Positions 24,598 through 37,213 of a stretch of DNA of 64,000 nucleotides are shown here, piece after piece (within the stretch, counting starts at the first letter, position 1; each line of letters opens with the position of its first letter). This DNA comes from Anthoceros angustus. Its lineage: Eukaryota > Plantae > Anthocerotophyta. The stretch is taken from NCBI GenBank assembly GCA_010909165.1, contig VJWM01000068.1, forward strand, positions 124,001 to 188,000, read 5' to 3'. The notes under the pieces were generated by a model. That model searched no databases. It was not told the DNA's origin and saw nothing but the letters and a program-made list of their open reading frames with translations. The translations under genes were made by a program, and so were the position numbers.

Positions 24598-26210
24598 ATG
24601 GGGCAAGCTACGGACTTGGAGGTGGTGGCTCACCAGAACGGGAACGGGGCCAAGGGGCAGGCGCAGGCCAACGGATCCGCTCTCCCTCCGCCCAGCACCG
24701 AGAACGGGACCTCGCTTCCGGGAACGGAACGGAACGGATCGCTGCTGCCCAATGGCGGATCCGGGCTGCAGAATGGATCGGCCGGGACGGGCAGAACGGA
24801 TCCCTGGACCCACGAAAGGTGGCCCTCCGCGCCGCTGGTTCGAGGAGGAGCTCGAGGAGGACCTGGTGTGGAAGTTCGGCGTCTCCAAGTGCGTCCTCCT
24901 GCCTTAATTGCCTCACACCGGGGAGCCCAATTCCGCTTCCCTTTCTCTCTGCCTCCGCCTCTGTCTCTGCCTCTGGGCCTGTGGGAGAACGCGGCGCTGC
25001 TTCTGCTGTTGCTGATTTTTCAATTTGAAGCTCCTTGCTAATTTGCGGGTCTCGTCTGCTCTTGCCTTTGCCTTGCCTTGCGTTGCCGCCTGCAGGGAGC
25101 TTCACAGCGGCGTGAGCCAGTTCCAAAGCATCGAATTGGTGGAGAGCGGGCCCTTCGGGAAGGTGAGCCAATTTCTGGGTACGCCTCGGTGTTTCGTGTG
25201 TACTCAGGCCCGGCTCGGCTCAGGGCGCCCGTTGCGTTACATTTTGGCGCAGGTTTTGCTCTTGGATGGGAAGCTGCAGAGTTCGGAGGCGGATGAGTTT
25301 GTGTACCACGAATGTATTGTGCACCCGGCGGTTCTGTATCACAAGAAGTAAGTCATGCTCTCCAGATGTTGCTTGCTACCACGCCTTTGTGGCTTGCGTT
25401 TGTCAGCTCTGAAGCGAGCGTGTTGTGGTTGGTTTTGGTGGGCGGTCCAGTCCCAGGAGTATATTTATCATGGGCGGTGGGAAGGCTCGACCGCACGAGA
25501 AGCGTTGAGGCACCGGAGCGTGAAGAAAGTGGTCATGTGTGACATCGACAAGGTGATTTGAGGGGTGGCATGTCAGGTTATGCAGTTATCACGATTGAGT
25601 CGTCTCTGCTCACGCCCGCCTCCTTGTTTTGTGCGCAGGAGGTGGTTGATTTCTGTCGAGCACACCTCACTGCGAATGCTGAAGCTTTCCAGAGCAGTCG
25701 CTTGGAGTTGGTTATAAACTGTGCCAGGTGTGCTCTTTCCCCATTTCGAGGCTCTCTGAACCTGTTTGACCTCAGCAGTATTTGAACTACGGTTGCTCAT
25801 GAGTACTCTGTTGCTGCTGTGCTTCACACTTTGTTCACGGAGTGCCAATGTCAAATGCTGCAGGCTGGCCCTGCTGATCCTGTCACACAAGGAAGTCTAC
25901 ACATCCATCTTCAACACGCTCCGCCAGGTTTTCAAATGTAAGTTATCCTACCCAAGTTGCCATGTGAGTAGTAGGCTAGAATGTGAGGCCATGGCCTTTG
26001 TCAGGCAGTCGTCAGCACTCTCATCACCTACTAACAATGTGTGACTGGGGCGATTCACCGTACTTTTCGAGTTCGTCAGGCGGGAAGGCATCTCCAAGAA
26101 CTGACTTTGTACCTTTATCCGCAGATGTTGTCCCTTATGCTGCTCACATTACCCTCATATGCGGACACCTGCTGGATAATGGTATGACCTCCCAGCACTT
26201 ACCTTTCCCA
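24598..26210 (+). pseudogene. ACL5: Partial ACL5 copy with an internal ~220 bp deletion, truncated after the ADTW exon
   Basis: Same exons as the other copies. The DLADP exon is skipped at ~25820, and the sequence switches into the leader microsatellite at ~26210. Confidence 0.8.
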
Positions 26211-26340
26211 GGCTTCCTTCCCTTTCTCTGCCTCCTGCTTCTGCTTCACTGCTTCTGCTTCTCCTGCTTCTGCTTCACTGCTCTGCTTCTACTGCTTCTA
26301 CTGCTTCCACTGCTTCTGCTGCTGCTGCTCTGCTGCTGCC

Positions 26341-28416
26341 CAATGGCGGATCCGGGCTGCAGAATGGATCGGCGGGACGGGCAGAACGGATCCCTGGACC
26401 CACGAAAGGTGGCCTCCGCGCCGCTGGTTCGAGGAGGAGCTCGAGGAGGACCTGGTGTGGAAGTTCGGCGTCTCCAAGTGCGTCCTCCTGCCTTAATTGC
26501 CTCACACCGGGAGCCAATTCCGCTTCCCTTTCTCTGCCTCCGCCTCTGTCTCTGCCTCTGGGCCTGTGGGAGAACGCGGCGCTGCTTCTGCTGTTGCTGA
26601 TTTTTCAATTTGAAGCTCCTTGCTAATTTGCGGGTCTCGTCTGCTCTTGCCTTTGCCTTGCCTTGCGTTGCCGCCTGCAGGGAGCTTCACAGCGGCGTGA
26701 GCCAGTTCCAAAGCATCGAATTGGTGGAGAGCGGGCCCTTCGGGAAGGTGAGCCAATTTCTGGGTACGCCTCGGTGTTTCGTGTGTACGGCTCAGGCCCG
26801 GCTCGGCTCAGGGCGCCCGTTGCGTTACATTTTGGCGCAGGTTTTGCTCTTGGATGGGAAGCTGCAGAGTTCGGAGGCGGATGAGTTTGTGTACCACGAA
26901 TGTATTGTGCACCCGGCGGTTCTGTATCACAAGAAGTAAGTCATGCTCTCCAGATGTTGCTTGCTACCACGCCTTTGTGGCTTGCGTTTGTCAGCTCTGA
27001 AGCGAGCGTGTTGTGGTTGGTTTTGGTGGGCGGTCCAGTCCCAGGAGTATATTTATCATGGGCGGTGGGAAGGCTCGACCGCACGAGAAGCGTTGAGGCA
27101 CCGGAGCGTGAAGAAAGTGGTCATGTGTGACATCGACAAGGTGATTTGAGGGGTGGCATGTCAGGTTATGCAGTTATCACGATTGAGTCGTCTCTGCTCA
27201 CGCCCGCCTCCTTGTTTTGTGCGCAGGAGGTGGTTGATTTCTGTCGAGCACACCTCACTGCGAATGCTGAAGCTTTCCAGAGCAGTCGCTTGGAGTTGGT
27301 TATAAACTGTGCCAGGTGTGCTCTTTCCCCATTTCGAGGCTCTCTGAACCTGTTTGACCTCAGCAGTATTTGAACTACGGTTGCTCATGAGTACTCTGTT
27401 GCTGCTGTGTACTTTGTGCTTCGAAACTGACAGGGCCGAACTGGAATCCCGGAACGAGGTGTTTGATGTCATTGTGGGTGATTTGGCTGATCCTGTGGAT
27501 GGAGGTCCGTGCTACCAGCTCTACACCCAATCCTTCTACAACAACGTGTTGAAGCCGAGGCTCAACACTGGTGGCATTTTTGTGACTCAGGTAAGTGAGG
27601 CTGCCGAGCCATGATTCTTTGCTGTCATGTCAGTCTTCACACTTTGTTCACGGAGTGCCAATGTCAAATGCTGCAGGCTGGCCCTGCCGGGATCCTGTCA
27701 CACAAGGAAGTCTACACATCCATCTTCAACACGCTCCGCCAGGTTTTCAAATGTAAGTTATCCTACCCAAGTTGCCATGTGAGTAGTAGGCTAGAATGTG
27801 AGGCCATGGCCTTTTGTCAGGCAGTCGTCAGCACTCTCATCACCTACTAACAATGTGTGACTGGGGCGATTCACCGTACTTTTCGAGTTCGTCAGCGGGA
27901 AGGAACATCTCCCAGGAACTGACTTTGTACCTTTATCCGCAGATGTTGTCCCTTATGCTGCTCACGTACCCTCATATGCGGACACCTGGGGCTGGATAAT
28001 GGTATGACCTCCCAGCACTTACCTTTCCCCCATTCCTTCCCCTTTTTGCCCTCTCCTGCCCTACCTTCTCCAGTCTCACCCCTCTGAACTGCACTGATCA
28101 CTGCAGGCTTCTGATCATCCTTTCCCAAGCATCTCGGTGGAGGAGACGGACAAGAGGATACAACACCGCATTGACTTTGACTTGCGCTTTTTAGATGGCT
28201 TGACGCTGTCTGCCACCATTGCTTTGAACAAGGAGGTTCGCAAAGCGTAAGTTGCTCACACAAAACTCCACATGAATGGGCGCCCTTGCATCACTTTTCC
28301 TTCTTTCGACCTGACCTTGAATCTGTTGGCCTGCCAGTTTGGAGGAGGAGACTCATGTTTACACGGAAAAGACAGCCAGATTTCTCCACGGCCATGGTGT
28401 CATCTCCAGCATCTAG
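26341..28416 (+). CDS. ACL5: Thermospermine synthase ACL5, the copy containing all downstream exons to the stop; the 5' half of exon 1 is missing locally
   Basis: Continues QSFYNNVLKPRLNTGGIFVTQ|AGPAGILSHKEVYTSIFNTLRQVFK, PSYADTWGWIM|ASDHPF, LEEETHVYTEKTARFLHGHGVISSI* (TAG 28414-28416). These are ACL5-diagnostic motifs rather than spermidine synthase. Confidence 0.9.
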
Positions 28417-28984
28417 GGCTCTCCAGCATCTAGAGCTTTCCACCAACATGGGCACCACGACGGCATCAGCACCATCACCCGGGAACTCCTTCGCCTTGCA
28501 CGTCCCACTTTTAAGCAAGGGACGCATGCAAGGCTGGCAAGATGTTTCAACCAAAATAGCGTTTATGGGGTTCTATGGACAATGTAACATGCCTTCATAG
28601 CATACCACTAATCTATACAGCTATGAACTTGGAGTTGATAGCACTGCTTTGCTGTATACTATTGGGTTTGCTAGAATTTTGATATCTATTAAATTATATT
28701 TTTAATATTTTAGCTATTTTTTTGTGAGTGAAAATATTCATTTTATCATATTTAAAATTTATATTATAATATATGTATATTGGTCAAAATATAAGTGAAT
28801 ATGATATGCTGGAAAATTTTAGATGAAAAATATTTATCTTTAAATACAATATAAAAAACGAGTTTTGGATGCCTAAACTATCATCATAAAATTTGCATTT
28901 TATCATATAATGTACTTCTTAAAAAGAGATCTCGTGAATATCTACAAAATGTATCTCCTGAGATTCTCATTATATTTGCACTTA

Positions 28985-29347
28985 TAGTTATAGATCTTTA
29001 ATATAATGTTCTCAAGGAGTAACACAAATGCATACCTAATAGTTATAGGTAGCGCAATTAATCTTTCGAAGCTCGTCTAGGCTTATTACACTTAGAGATA
29101 AACTAAGTCGCATAACAAACCTATCCAAACTATTCTAGGCTCATTACCAACAAATGTCGACTAAGTTGCGCAACTAACTTTTCTAGGTTCATTACACTCA
29201 CATGTGTGTAGAGTTTAATGAAATGTTCACGAGACACATGTTATAGATGTTCACGGCATTTGTTATACTCCTTGAGAACATTATATTAAAGATCTATAAC
29301 TATTAGGTATGCATTTGTTATACTCTTTAAGAACATTATATTAAAGA
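28985..29347. repeat. ~60-bp inverted repeat around a ~200-bp spacer; the right arm is itself tandemly repeated (MITE/TE remnant-like)
   Basis: TAGTTATAGATCTTTAATATAATGTTCTCAAGGAGT (28985) is the reverse complement of ACTCCTTGAGAACATTATATTAAAGATCTATAACTA (~29267). Confidence 0.75.
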
Positions 29348-29409
29348 CAACAAATCATCCAAGTAGTCAAGATACGTGACATCTGCCAAAGGTAAAAATG
29401 CTGTACTCC

Positions 29410-29570
29410 AAAGGTGGAAATAAAGGTTTTGCCCAAGACCTTGTTAAACCAACAACATGATGCTCGCATTGTTCAATTGATGCGATTCCAAAGTTGGAAA
29501 TAATGGTCTTGCCCAAGATCTTGTTAAACAAACAACATGATGCTCTCGTTGTTCAATTGATGGGAATTGA
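29410..29570. repeat. Two diverged tandem copies of an ~80-bp unit
   Basis: AAAG(G/T)TGGAAATAA...CCCAAGA(C/T)CTTGTTAAAC.AACAACATGATGCTC...TTGTTCAATTGATG occurs twice. Confidence 0.85.
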
Positions 29571-29650
29571 TATTTTGGATGCTCAAGTGATGCTTAATTG
29601 TTGTTCAATTCTTGATGCTCTTGTTGTAATGAGGCAAAAAGGTCTATCCG

Positions 29651-29760
29651 AGGTCTTGTCCGAGACCTTCATAGGTCTTGTCCAAGACCTAATTAGGTCT
29701 TGTCCGAGACCTTGATAGGTCTTGTCCGAGACCTTGTTAGGTCTTGTCCGAGACCTTGTT
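29651..29760. repeat. Five tandem 22-bp units, each internally palindromic (AGGTCT-TGTCCG-AGACCT-nnnn)
   Basis: Units start at 29651, 29673, 29695, 29717 and 29739. AGGTCT and AGACCT are reverse complements. Confidence 0.92.
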
Positions 29761-32700
29761 AGGTTCCTATTCTATAATGTTTTATGCCATAATGAGACAA
29801 GTGAACTAGTTTTACCCCCATTATTATAAGACCTTGTTGGATTCCCTTTCGTATACCTCTAAATAAGTTGGCTGGTGTATTATTACCTCTAGAATATATA
29901 TCTACAATAAGTTTTTTTTTTCAACAAAAGAAATGGATGATAATTTTTCTTTAAGAAATCTTTAAAACTTTTACCCTAGGGGCTTGTGAACTACAGCTGA
30001 ATATATTTCTTTCATCACCATTTTTATACAAAAAATTTAAGCCATCTATGTTATCATGATCCATATTAAACTAGAGAAGCTTATTTTTTGTAAGTGATGT
30101 CAAATTAGAATTTGATTTTTACAGCCTTCAAACTTGATTTTTGAAAATTCTCCATGAACATTGAAAGAATCTAGGGCGTTTATCCAACAATGAAGCTTCT
30201 TACATTGAGGACTTTTTGTAACCATTCCTTGTGAGACTTTTACAAAGGTCTTTAACTCTAAAAAGCTTCATTGTTAGGGTAACCAACCTGTCCCATAGTC
30301 CACCAACCTAAAGGTGCTTGACTACACATGCAAATTTATGGAAACTCATGCCTATATGGTAGATATGCTGCGATATATATCGATATATATATATCGATAG
30401 TAGTCTCACACGTTTGGACTCGTCTATATGTCCAAGAGGTAAGACATTCTTAGTCTAGGAACATTGTTTGTCTTTAAATAATTTAAATTAAATTTTAGAT
30501 TAGAATATATTTTTACTGGTTGGATACTTTTTGAAAAAAATATAAAAATTCAAACCGAGGACGTGAGAAGCCAATTCTGTTATAGTCCCACAACCCTGCT
30601 TAATCAATAGCCTTAAGGTTTCTTGAACTTGAATAAATTCATCAAGCCAGCTTTCATTAGTCAGTATATTGCGAAGCTCTGAACCAATAGGCTTAGAGTC
30701 TCTTGACCTTAATTATTTTCATAAGGCCAAATTTCATTGGTCCATTATATTGCAAAGCTCTGGAACCACGAGTAAGCTTGCAGTCTCTTAACCTTGAATA
30801 GTCTCTTGAGGCCAACTTTCATTAGTCCATTATGATGGACTATCATTTGTTCACAATGTGGGAGGTCGGTATATTTGATATTCGTAATGCAGTCAAATAT
30901 TTTAAAGGGGTGATGGATCTTCTATGGGAGATCATAGAAGATTTGAACCTACGCATGGGCCATAGGTTGGGCAACGTACTTGCTGCACAAGATGGTCTTC
31001 TTAATTTTGAAGAAGATAACCATGATTTTGATTTTGACTATAGCGAGGATCCTAGTGATGGTGAGGATTCTGGTTACGATGGCTATGATTCTGACGAGGA
31101 TGGCCATGAGGCTTTATTACTCCTTGAGCAAGAGCTCCAGAAGAGCTCCAAGCTCAGAATGGCTCAAGCTCAGCTTGAACTCCTTAATTAGCAATGAAGG
31201 GACAATGTAATATTCTATTTAGTATAAGATTCTTCATTATGGGGTTCTTTGGTCATTTGATGGATGGATGATCCAATTGTAAGCGATACTATTTGTATAC
31301 CTACAAATTTAATATATAAGAGAATCAAAATTTGTGGAAGATATATGGGCATTCTAGGACAAGCTAATTATGAATGAGCTAAGCATGCAAAGAAACAAGA
31401 GCGAGAGTAGGATATAGTAAATTCAAATATGATAATCACATCGTCAATAGAGTGACCATCAAAAGAACTCGCGAGGTGACCATGAATTCAAATTTGCGGG
31501 AAGATATACAAGGAAAGTAGGAACAAGAGTAAGATTTGGCAGATTCAAATAACAATAATCACATAGTCAATAGAATGGTCACTCGATGACCAATAAAGTA
31601 ACTACTAAGATGATGACATGCAAAATGATGACCAATAGGATAACTATCATCTTGATGATTGGCTCCGGAGCAGGCTAGTGATTTGGGATCTCGATTACAT
31701 ATTCCAAGATATATTATTTTTTATTAATGTTCTCTTGGTTCTATATTCAAAAATAACTTTGACATACTAATGATGCAAATGGATTGAAGGACTAATTAGA
31801 CCCTTCAACTTCACAGCCATTTTCATGAGAATATGAAGCCAGCGTAATGAAGGGAGACAAATCCAAAGCCTGTTTTCTATTACTTTACTTGTTAGGAACA
31901 TTACTTTAGTGGTTTCATGTTGTTTAGTTGGTTCATGTTGTTCATACTATTAGACTACTTTATAATTTGAAGAACTCGTAGGTAAATTCACAATTTGGGA
32001 TTCCTCTTCTACCTTATTGAGTGAATTGAACTCAATTACTTCAAGAATGAGAGTTTGGCTTATCCCGTTGAGAAACCTGATTAGGTTCTATTGGAATGGT
32101 TTCATCGTTGTGAGGCACAAATGAGTTCATATTGAATTGGTCTTAGTAGGTACTTCCTCCTAATCTTTTGAATAGAAATGATTCTTCTAAAACATTTATC
32201 TCCTTAAATAAGAAACCTACATTATTACCAATGGTAAGTAGGCCCTTCCCTATCTTGGACGGCGACATCTTGGGGACGGTTGAGGGTCATAGTATAGCCC
32301 ATCTAGTTCTTTTTATAAAGTCTCCACGTCTCTCATTATAACCACCACTTGTAGATATTTTAATATAAAATTATATTATAATTATTTTAATTATGTACTG
32401 ATATTTCTAAATAGAGGGTATGTTCACTATTTCATATAAAGGGGATGGATTGTTTCACTTATACAACAGTTTTATGGCAACGAATAGTACGTGTCAGTTT
32501 ATACGTGTTACTTATACAACAAGTTCCGTTCTATGACAACAAGTGCCGCCAGAATCTAGCCAACTCTGGTGACTGGTAGCTGAGGATTTGGAGAAAAGTG
32601 CAGCGGTTGGATCAAGGTGGATCACAATCGAGGTGGGGTGGATCACCAAGCAAATCGAGGTGGATCGCCAAGCAGAATAGCCTCGGAAGCACATGGTAAC

Positions 32701-33414
32701 GAGTTAAATACAGTACAAATTTAAATACACATAGTAATGAGTTAAATATAGTGCAAATTTAAATACACATGGAGACGAGGCAAATTTTAAACAGGTTTTC
32801 TACCGTCAACAAGAGCTTAGAAGTAAATTCTGAGTTCGTCGTCATATTTGTCTCTGAAATCTTCGTGACATTAAACATGAATTTGAACATGACTTCGTGG
32901 AAGCTTTCCATGGTCTCTATAGGTGGTCAGTATAGATCACATAAAAAACAAATGTTCAAAACGCCCCTCCTTTTACCCTGCCTACTTTCTACGTGCCCCA
33001 ATTCCTGAGGATCACAGCTACAGACTAAAGCAAGGAGAGCGGGACGAAACGCCGAAGAAAACTCCCTCCAGAATGAGGTCGAACAGCACACCACAAAGCC
33101 AAAACGAGACAGCCCTGGGGATGCAGGGACAACTAAAAATCGCGTGTCTCAATCAAGGTGTGGTACACATAATTAACTCCCACCTTAAAAAGTCTGGCGC
33201 CTGGATCAGTGATTGCTAACTTCACAATTTAGAGCTACAGCACCATCTGGAACCTCCCAAGCTCCCAAGATCCTCAGGCCCGAGGGAAAAAGAGAAAGGG
33301 AAAACGAACAGTGCTTGTTCATCAAAGGGGTTGATTCGAACACGACACAAGACACCCGATAACCGGAAGAATTCGCACAACCTTCTTGTCCACAGCGGCA
33401 CTGTAATCCAGAGC

Positions 33415-35299
33415 TCAGTAGTAGGGCCTGAACCGCACTGGCCTCCTGAATCTAGGAATTTTTCTGGAAACAAAGACCCAATAAGCGTGATGTCAAGGTT
33501 CTGTCTCACTAATATGCTTGTACAAATGGCAGAGAAGCAAGCACAGGCAGACAAGCAAGTATGCCGACCACAATAGTCAGGGATGGAAATCCTCAGTGGA
33601 CACCCACCCATAACCATAAGGAGCATAGCCATAAGGAGGCGGATAGGGCCTCCGTGGGCGATACCCATAATAAGGACTGAATCGGCGGCCGCGAAATTGC
33701 TTCATCCCGGGAACGTTGGTCCTTTTCGCTGTAACCTGCACAACCAGGGCAAAAAGGAGGAGCACGTGTGAAGAGCGAAGGACTCAAAGAACTCCATTCC
33801 ATGGGATTGTCTGGATGTCCACTCTAACAATGAAGAAAGATTTCTGTACCTTCAGCTGACGCCCGTGCAATTCAGACTCGGAAAGCAAAATGGCATTTTG
33901 CACTGCCTCCACTTCTAGAAACTCAACGTAGGCATACCTGGCTCAGAGCAACAACAGTATCAGACAAAAAGGAAGCAGGCAGACAAGCACAACTCCTTTC
34001 TGAACTGCAGACTCACAAGTGTAAGTGCTCACCCTTTAGGCTGCCCAAATTTGTCTGTGAGAATGGTGACCCTGTTAACCGTGCCACATGACTGAAAGTG
34101 CTGTTGCACTTCCTCAGGGGTGCATGAATAATCCACCTGAGAGAATGCCAGTAGTCAGCCAAATGAGTGTCTATGGCACCAGCAATAGGTCAACCCTACT
34201 CAATCATAACCTGTGTGCAGACATTACATTGCCCACGAATACTGAACGCGCGTCAGCTTCTTCTCTGTTGGCTTGAGTAGCAGCAGCTGCTGCTGGGTCA
34301 TTATCTGATGAAAAGCAAGCAGAAATTTGTATAAGGTTCATGCTCAGAACCTTCTAAACTCATCGCGGCACAAACCAGGACACAGCACCCATGCTAGAAT
34401 GAGGTTAAGGAATGGACACAACTACAAAAGCAAAACAAATTCTCTACCAGACAAGGGGGACAAATCAGAACAAACCTTGAACAGCACTCATCTCTTTCTC
34501 TACTTTAGCTTGCATATCCCTCAATGCAGCGGCCTCCTCCTCCATTTCTTTCAGCCTCTTCTTCATGTCTTCCAGTTCCTGAAGCAAGCCAGACTCATGA
34601 ACCCAAATCTTGAACATTTCCACACTATACCGAAAACACCCTCAGGAGTCAGAGAGTACCCTCACAAACGGATACGGATACACTCACTAACCTATGCCAC
34701 ATCACACACAGAGAGGTTACAGGTAGGAGCCAAGAACCCAAGGACGTGACTGACAACAAGCGGGGACAACGACTTGAAATGTTCACAGCCATGGTTTCAC
34801 TCCAATAGTCCTAAGTCAGTACTACCTGCGCCGTGCCCCATGTTTACTGTCCAATATCAGCTCTCGGACATGACAAGAAAATAGCTGACATCCTACACTT
34901 GGTGAAAAGACCAGGATAAGGGTGCACAGGAGCAAGAGTCCTAAACCACCTCCAACCGTTCCAACCAAGAAAGAGCCGAGCCACTGACCAATTCCTAAGC
35001 TACGGTGGAAGCCGTTTCGAGCTTCGTGAACGGCACGACTCAGCGAAAGCCACTCACGAGGCCCTAAAACTCCACACCTCCTGCCACCTAGGAAAAGAAC
35101 GCAACATCGTCCAAAAGAATAAAAGTCTCACAAACAGCGTGGAGTCTAAGAGGCGAGACATTACCTTGGTGGCAGCATCATCCCCGCCGAGTTCGTCCAG
35201 CTTATGGCCGTCATCGGGGTGTCCCTCCAGGTCCCCCTCCATGTCTCCCTCTACCTCCTCCGGAATCTCCCCTCCGTACACCTCATGCTCCTCCTCCAT
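33415..35299 (-). CDS. PABN: Nuclear poly(A)-binding protein (PABN/PABPN1-like RRM protein), multi-exon
   Basis: [45 protein letters not shown]|[57 protein letters not shown]|[15 protein letters not shown]. Confidence 0.92.
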
Positions 35300-36468
35300 A
35301 ATTTGGTGCAGCTCCGTGCGCACGCTGCCCAGGGTTCAGGCAAGCGGCAATGGCAAACACGCAGGTCTCGTACCGCAGCTCCCTGCCGCCCGTCACCCTA
35401 TGAAGACAGCACTGGCCATGCCGAAACAATGTGGCAGCTGCCGCAACGGCCCAAGACCTCCCCAATCCAGGCCCCTGAATCGGTGCCCAAAACCCTACCC
35501 TAGCTACTTCCTTTGGCAGCGAGTGAGTGACACCGCCAGCGTCCGTCAGTGACTCAATCTGCGCCAAGCCCCTGAGGGTGCCGCGAGCTCAAGCAGAGCT
35601 AGACTTGGATGCAGGGTACCGTGGCGTGGCAGGGAGCACTGCACCCAGCTTCTTCACATGTGTGATGCTGGGTTACCTCGTTTCCTCGGGTGACCAAAGG
35701 CGCCACCAGGAAGAAGCCGAACTTCCCGTTCGCGCCCTCGTGTCATGCAAACTACTGTATGTATGCACAAGCAGCCCTGCAAACCATACTTAATTTAACG
35801 TATTTATCCTCAGTGCATAGGTAGGTATACATATGTCTACTTTATATTTACATGTAAAAAATAGTCTTCTTATTAAAAAGAATATGATTGTTTTGTTTTT
35901 TTTGTTGATATAGTATGTAAAATATATTGTAAAGGTAAAACATGATCACAATCCCTCATACATAGTTGAATGGTTTTCTAGGCTTATCGTAGAGTAGTCC
36001 ATGGTTTGATACTCTAGTGCCGAACCCTTCATTTTAATTTTTGGGCCTACTATATTCACCTACTCAAGACTGACCCATCACAATCTCACGCAATAATGAA
36101 CAATTGTCATGCTAGAGTGTGGACACATCATGGTTGTGATAGGTATGCAATTTTTCCTCGCGCACTTAAAAAGTTTAACCTAAAGTTGGGGTGTAGCATA
36201 ATTTGTTTCATGAACTTGGAAATATCTCAGGTAGAACGTCAAACACAAGAACTCATTATAAGCATTATCTTTGTTTTGTCCTTCGAAGTTAAACCATCCT
36301 CGGTTTGGAATGAGGTGCCACTAATCCCTACAGGATGGCTTGTTGTCATCACAATGAAAACTCAATATTAACATTATCTTTGCTTTTCTCCATGGTTAAA
36401 TGATCCTTGGTCGAACCACTACCGAAATGGGTGCCACCCATGCCCACGGGATGGTCTCCTGTCATTCA

Positions 36469-36546
36469 ACATCATTTGTCAAAACTTTGAAAATTGATCA
36501 AAACTCTACATCATTTGTCAAAACTTTGAAAATTGATCAAAACTCT
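36469..36546. repeat. Perfect tandem 39 bp x2
   Basis: ACATCATTTGTCAAAACTTTGAAAATTGATCAAAACTCT at 36469 and 36508. Confidence 0.95.
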
Positions 36547-36689
36547 GATCTATCGGATGATATAGCTATGTGTGGAAGTTAATCTCATTTTATTTTTTAT
36601 TATCGTTTTTATTTATATGTCTCTTTTTTCTTTTAATCCTTTTCTCTACATGTTACACCATAAAACTCAAGAACCTGTAATGACCAAAG

Positions 36690-37075
36690 CAGATATTTCA
36701 TTGTACCATGAAACCCAAGAACAGATAAGAAGTCCCATGTATACCTAGGCAATGGGGAACGACCTTCTAGAGGGCCCAGGCCAAGGATGACCGAAGTAGA
36801 TATTTTACTGAAGAACCTCAAATGACTGGAGCATATATTTTATTGTGCCATGAAAATAGTTACAACATGAAACTCAAGATATTTTATTGCACCATGAAAC
36901 TCAAGAACCTCAAATGACCGATATGGATATTTTATTGCACCATGAAACTCAAGAACATGAAACTCTCATGAACCTAAAATGACCGATGTGGATATTTTAT
37001 TGCACCATGAAACTCAAGAGAAAAGAACCTAAAATGATCGATATGGTTATTTTATTGCACCATGAAACTCGATAT
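36690..37075. repeat. Degenerate ~50-bp minisatellite (GATATTTTATTGCACCATGAAACTCAAGAACCT.AAATGACCGAT)
   Basis: About 6-7 imperfect copies. Confidence 0.85.
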
Positions 37076-37213
37076 CTCATTAAACTCGATAAAAAAATAT
37101 TATATTGCAGTGTAAAACTCAAGATGTGAATGCTTTATGTTTGGACCATATAAATCTTTGCAAGCAATATGAAAAGACCTCGTCCTTTGTACTGCTGTAT
37201 TACCTGCCTACAG

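Larger units (their letters stand above)
17937..27531 (+). repeat. Mosaic of repeated ACL5 promoter, leader and exon segments
   Basis: The ~0.9 kb upstream block occurs 3 times (~17973, 19527, 23140), exon 1 whole or partial 6 times, and exons 2-4 3 times. All are in the same orientation. Confidence 0.92.

Noticed and set aside
18756-26756. Long poly-Leu/Gln/Ala/Cys ORFs (up to 386 aa) on both strands
   Set aside because: They arise from stop-free CTG/CTTCTG microsatellites and GC-rich ACL5 leader/exon 1 sequence, not from real genes.
26341-28416. Horizontally acquired bacterial spermidine synthase
   Set aside because: It has multiple spliceosomal introns and ACL5-specific motifs, so it is an ordinary plant ACL5.
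29651-29760. CRISPR-like array of palindromic repeats
   Set aside because: The linkers are only 4 nt and nearly identical, there are no cas genes, and the context is eukaryotic.
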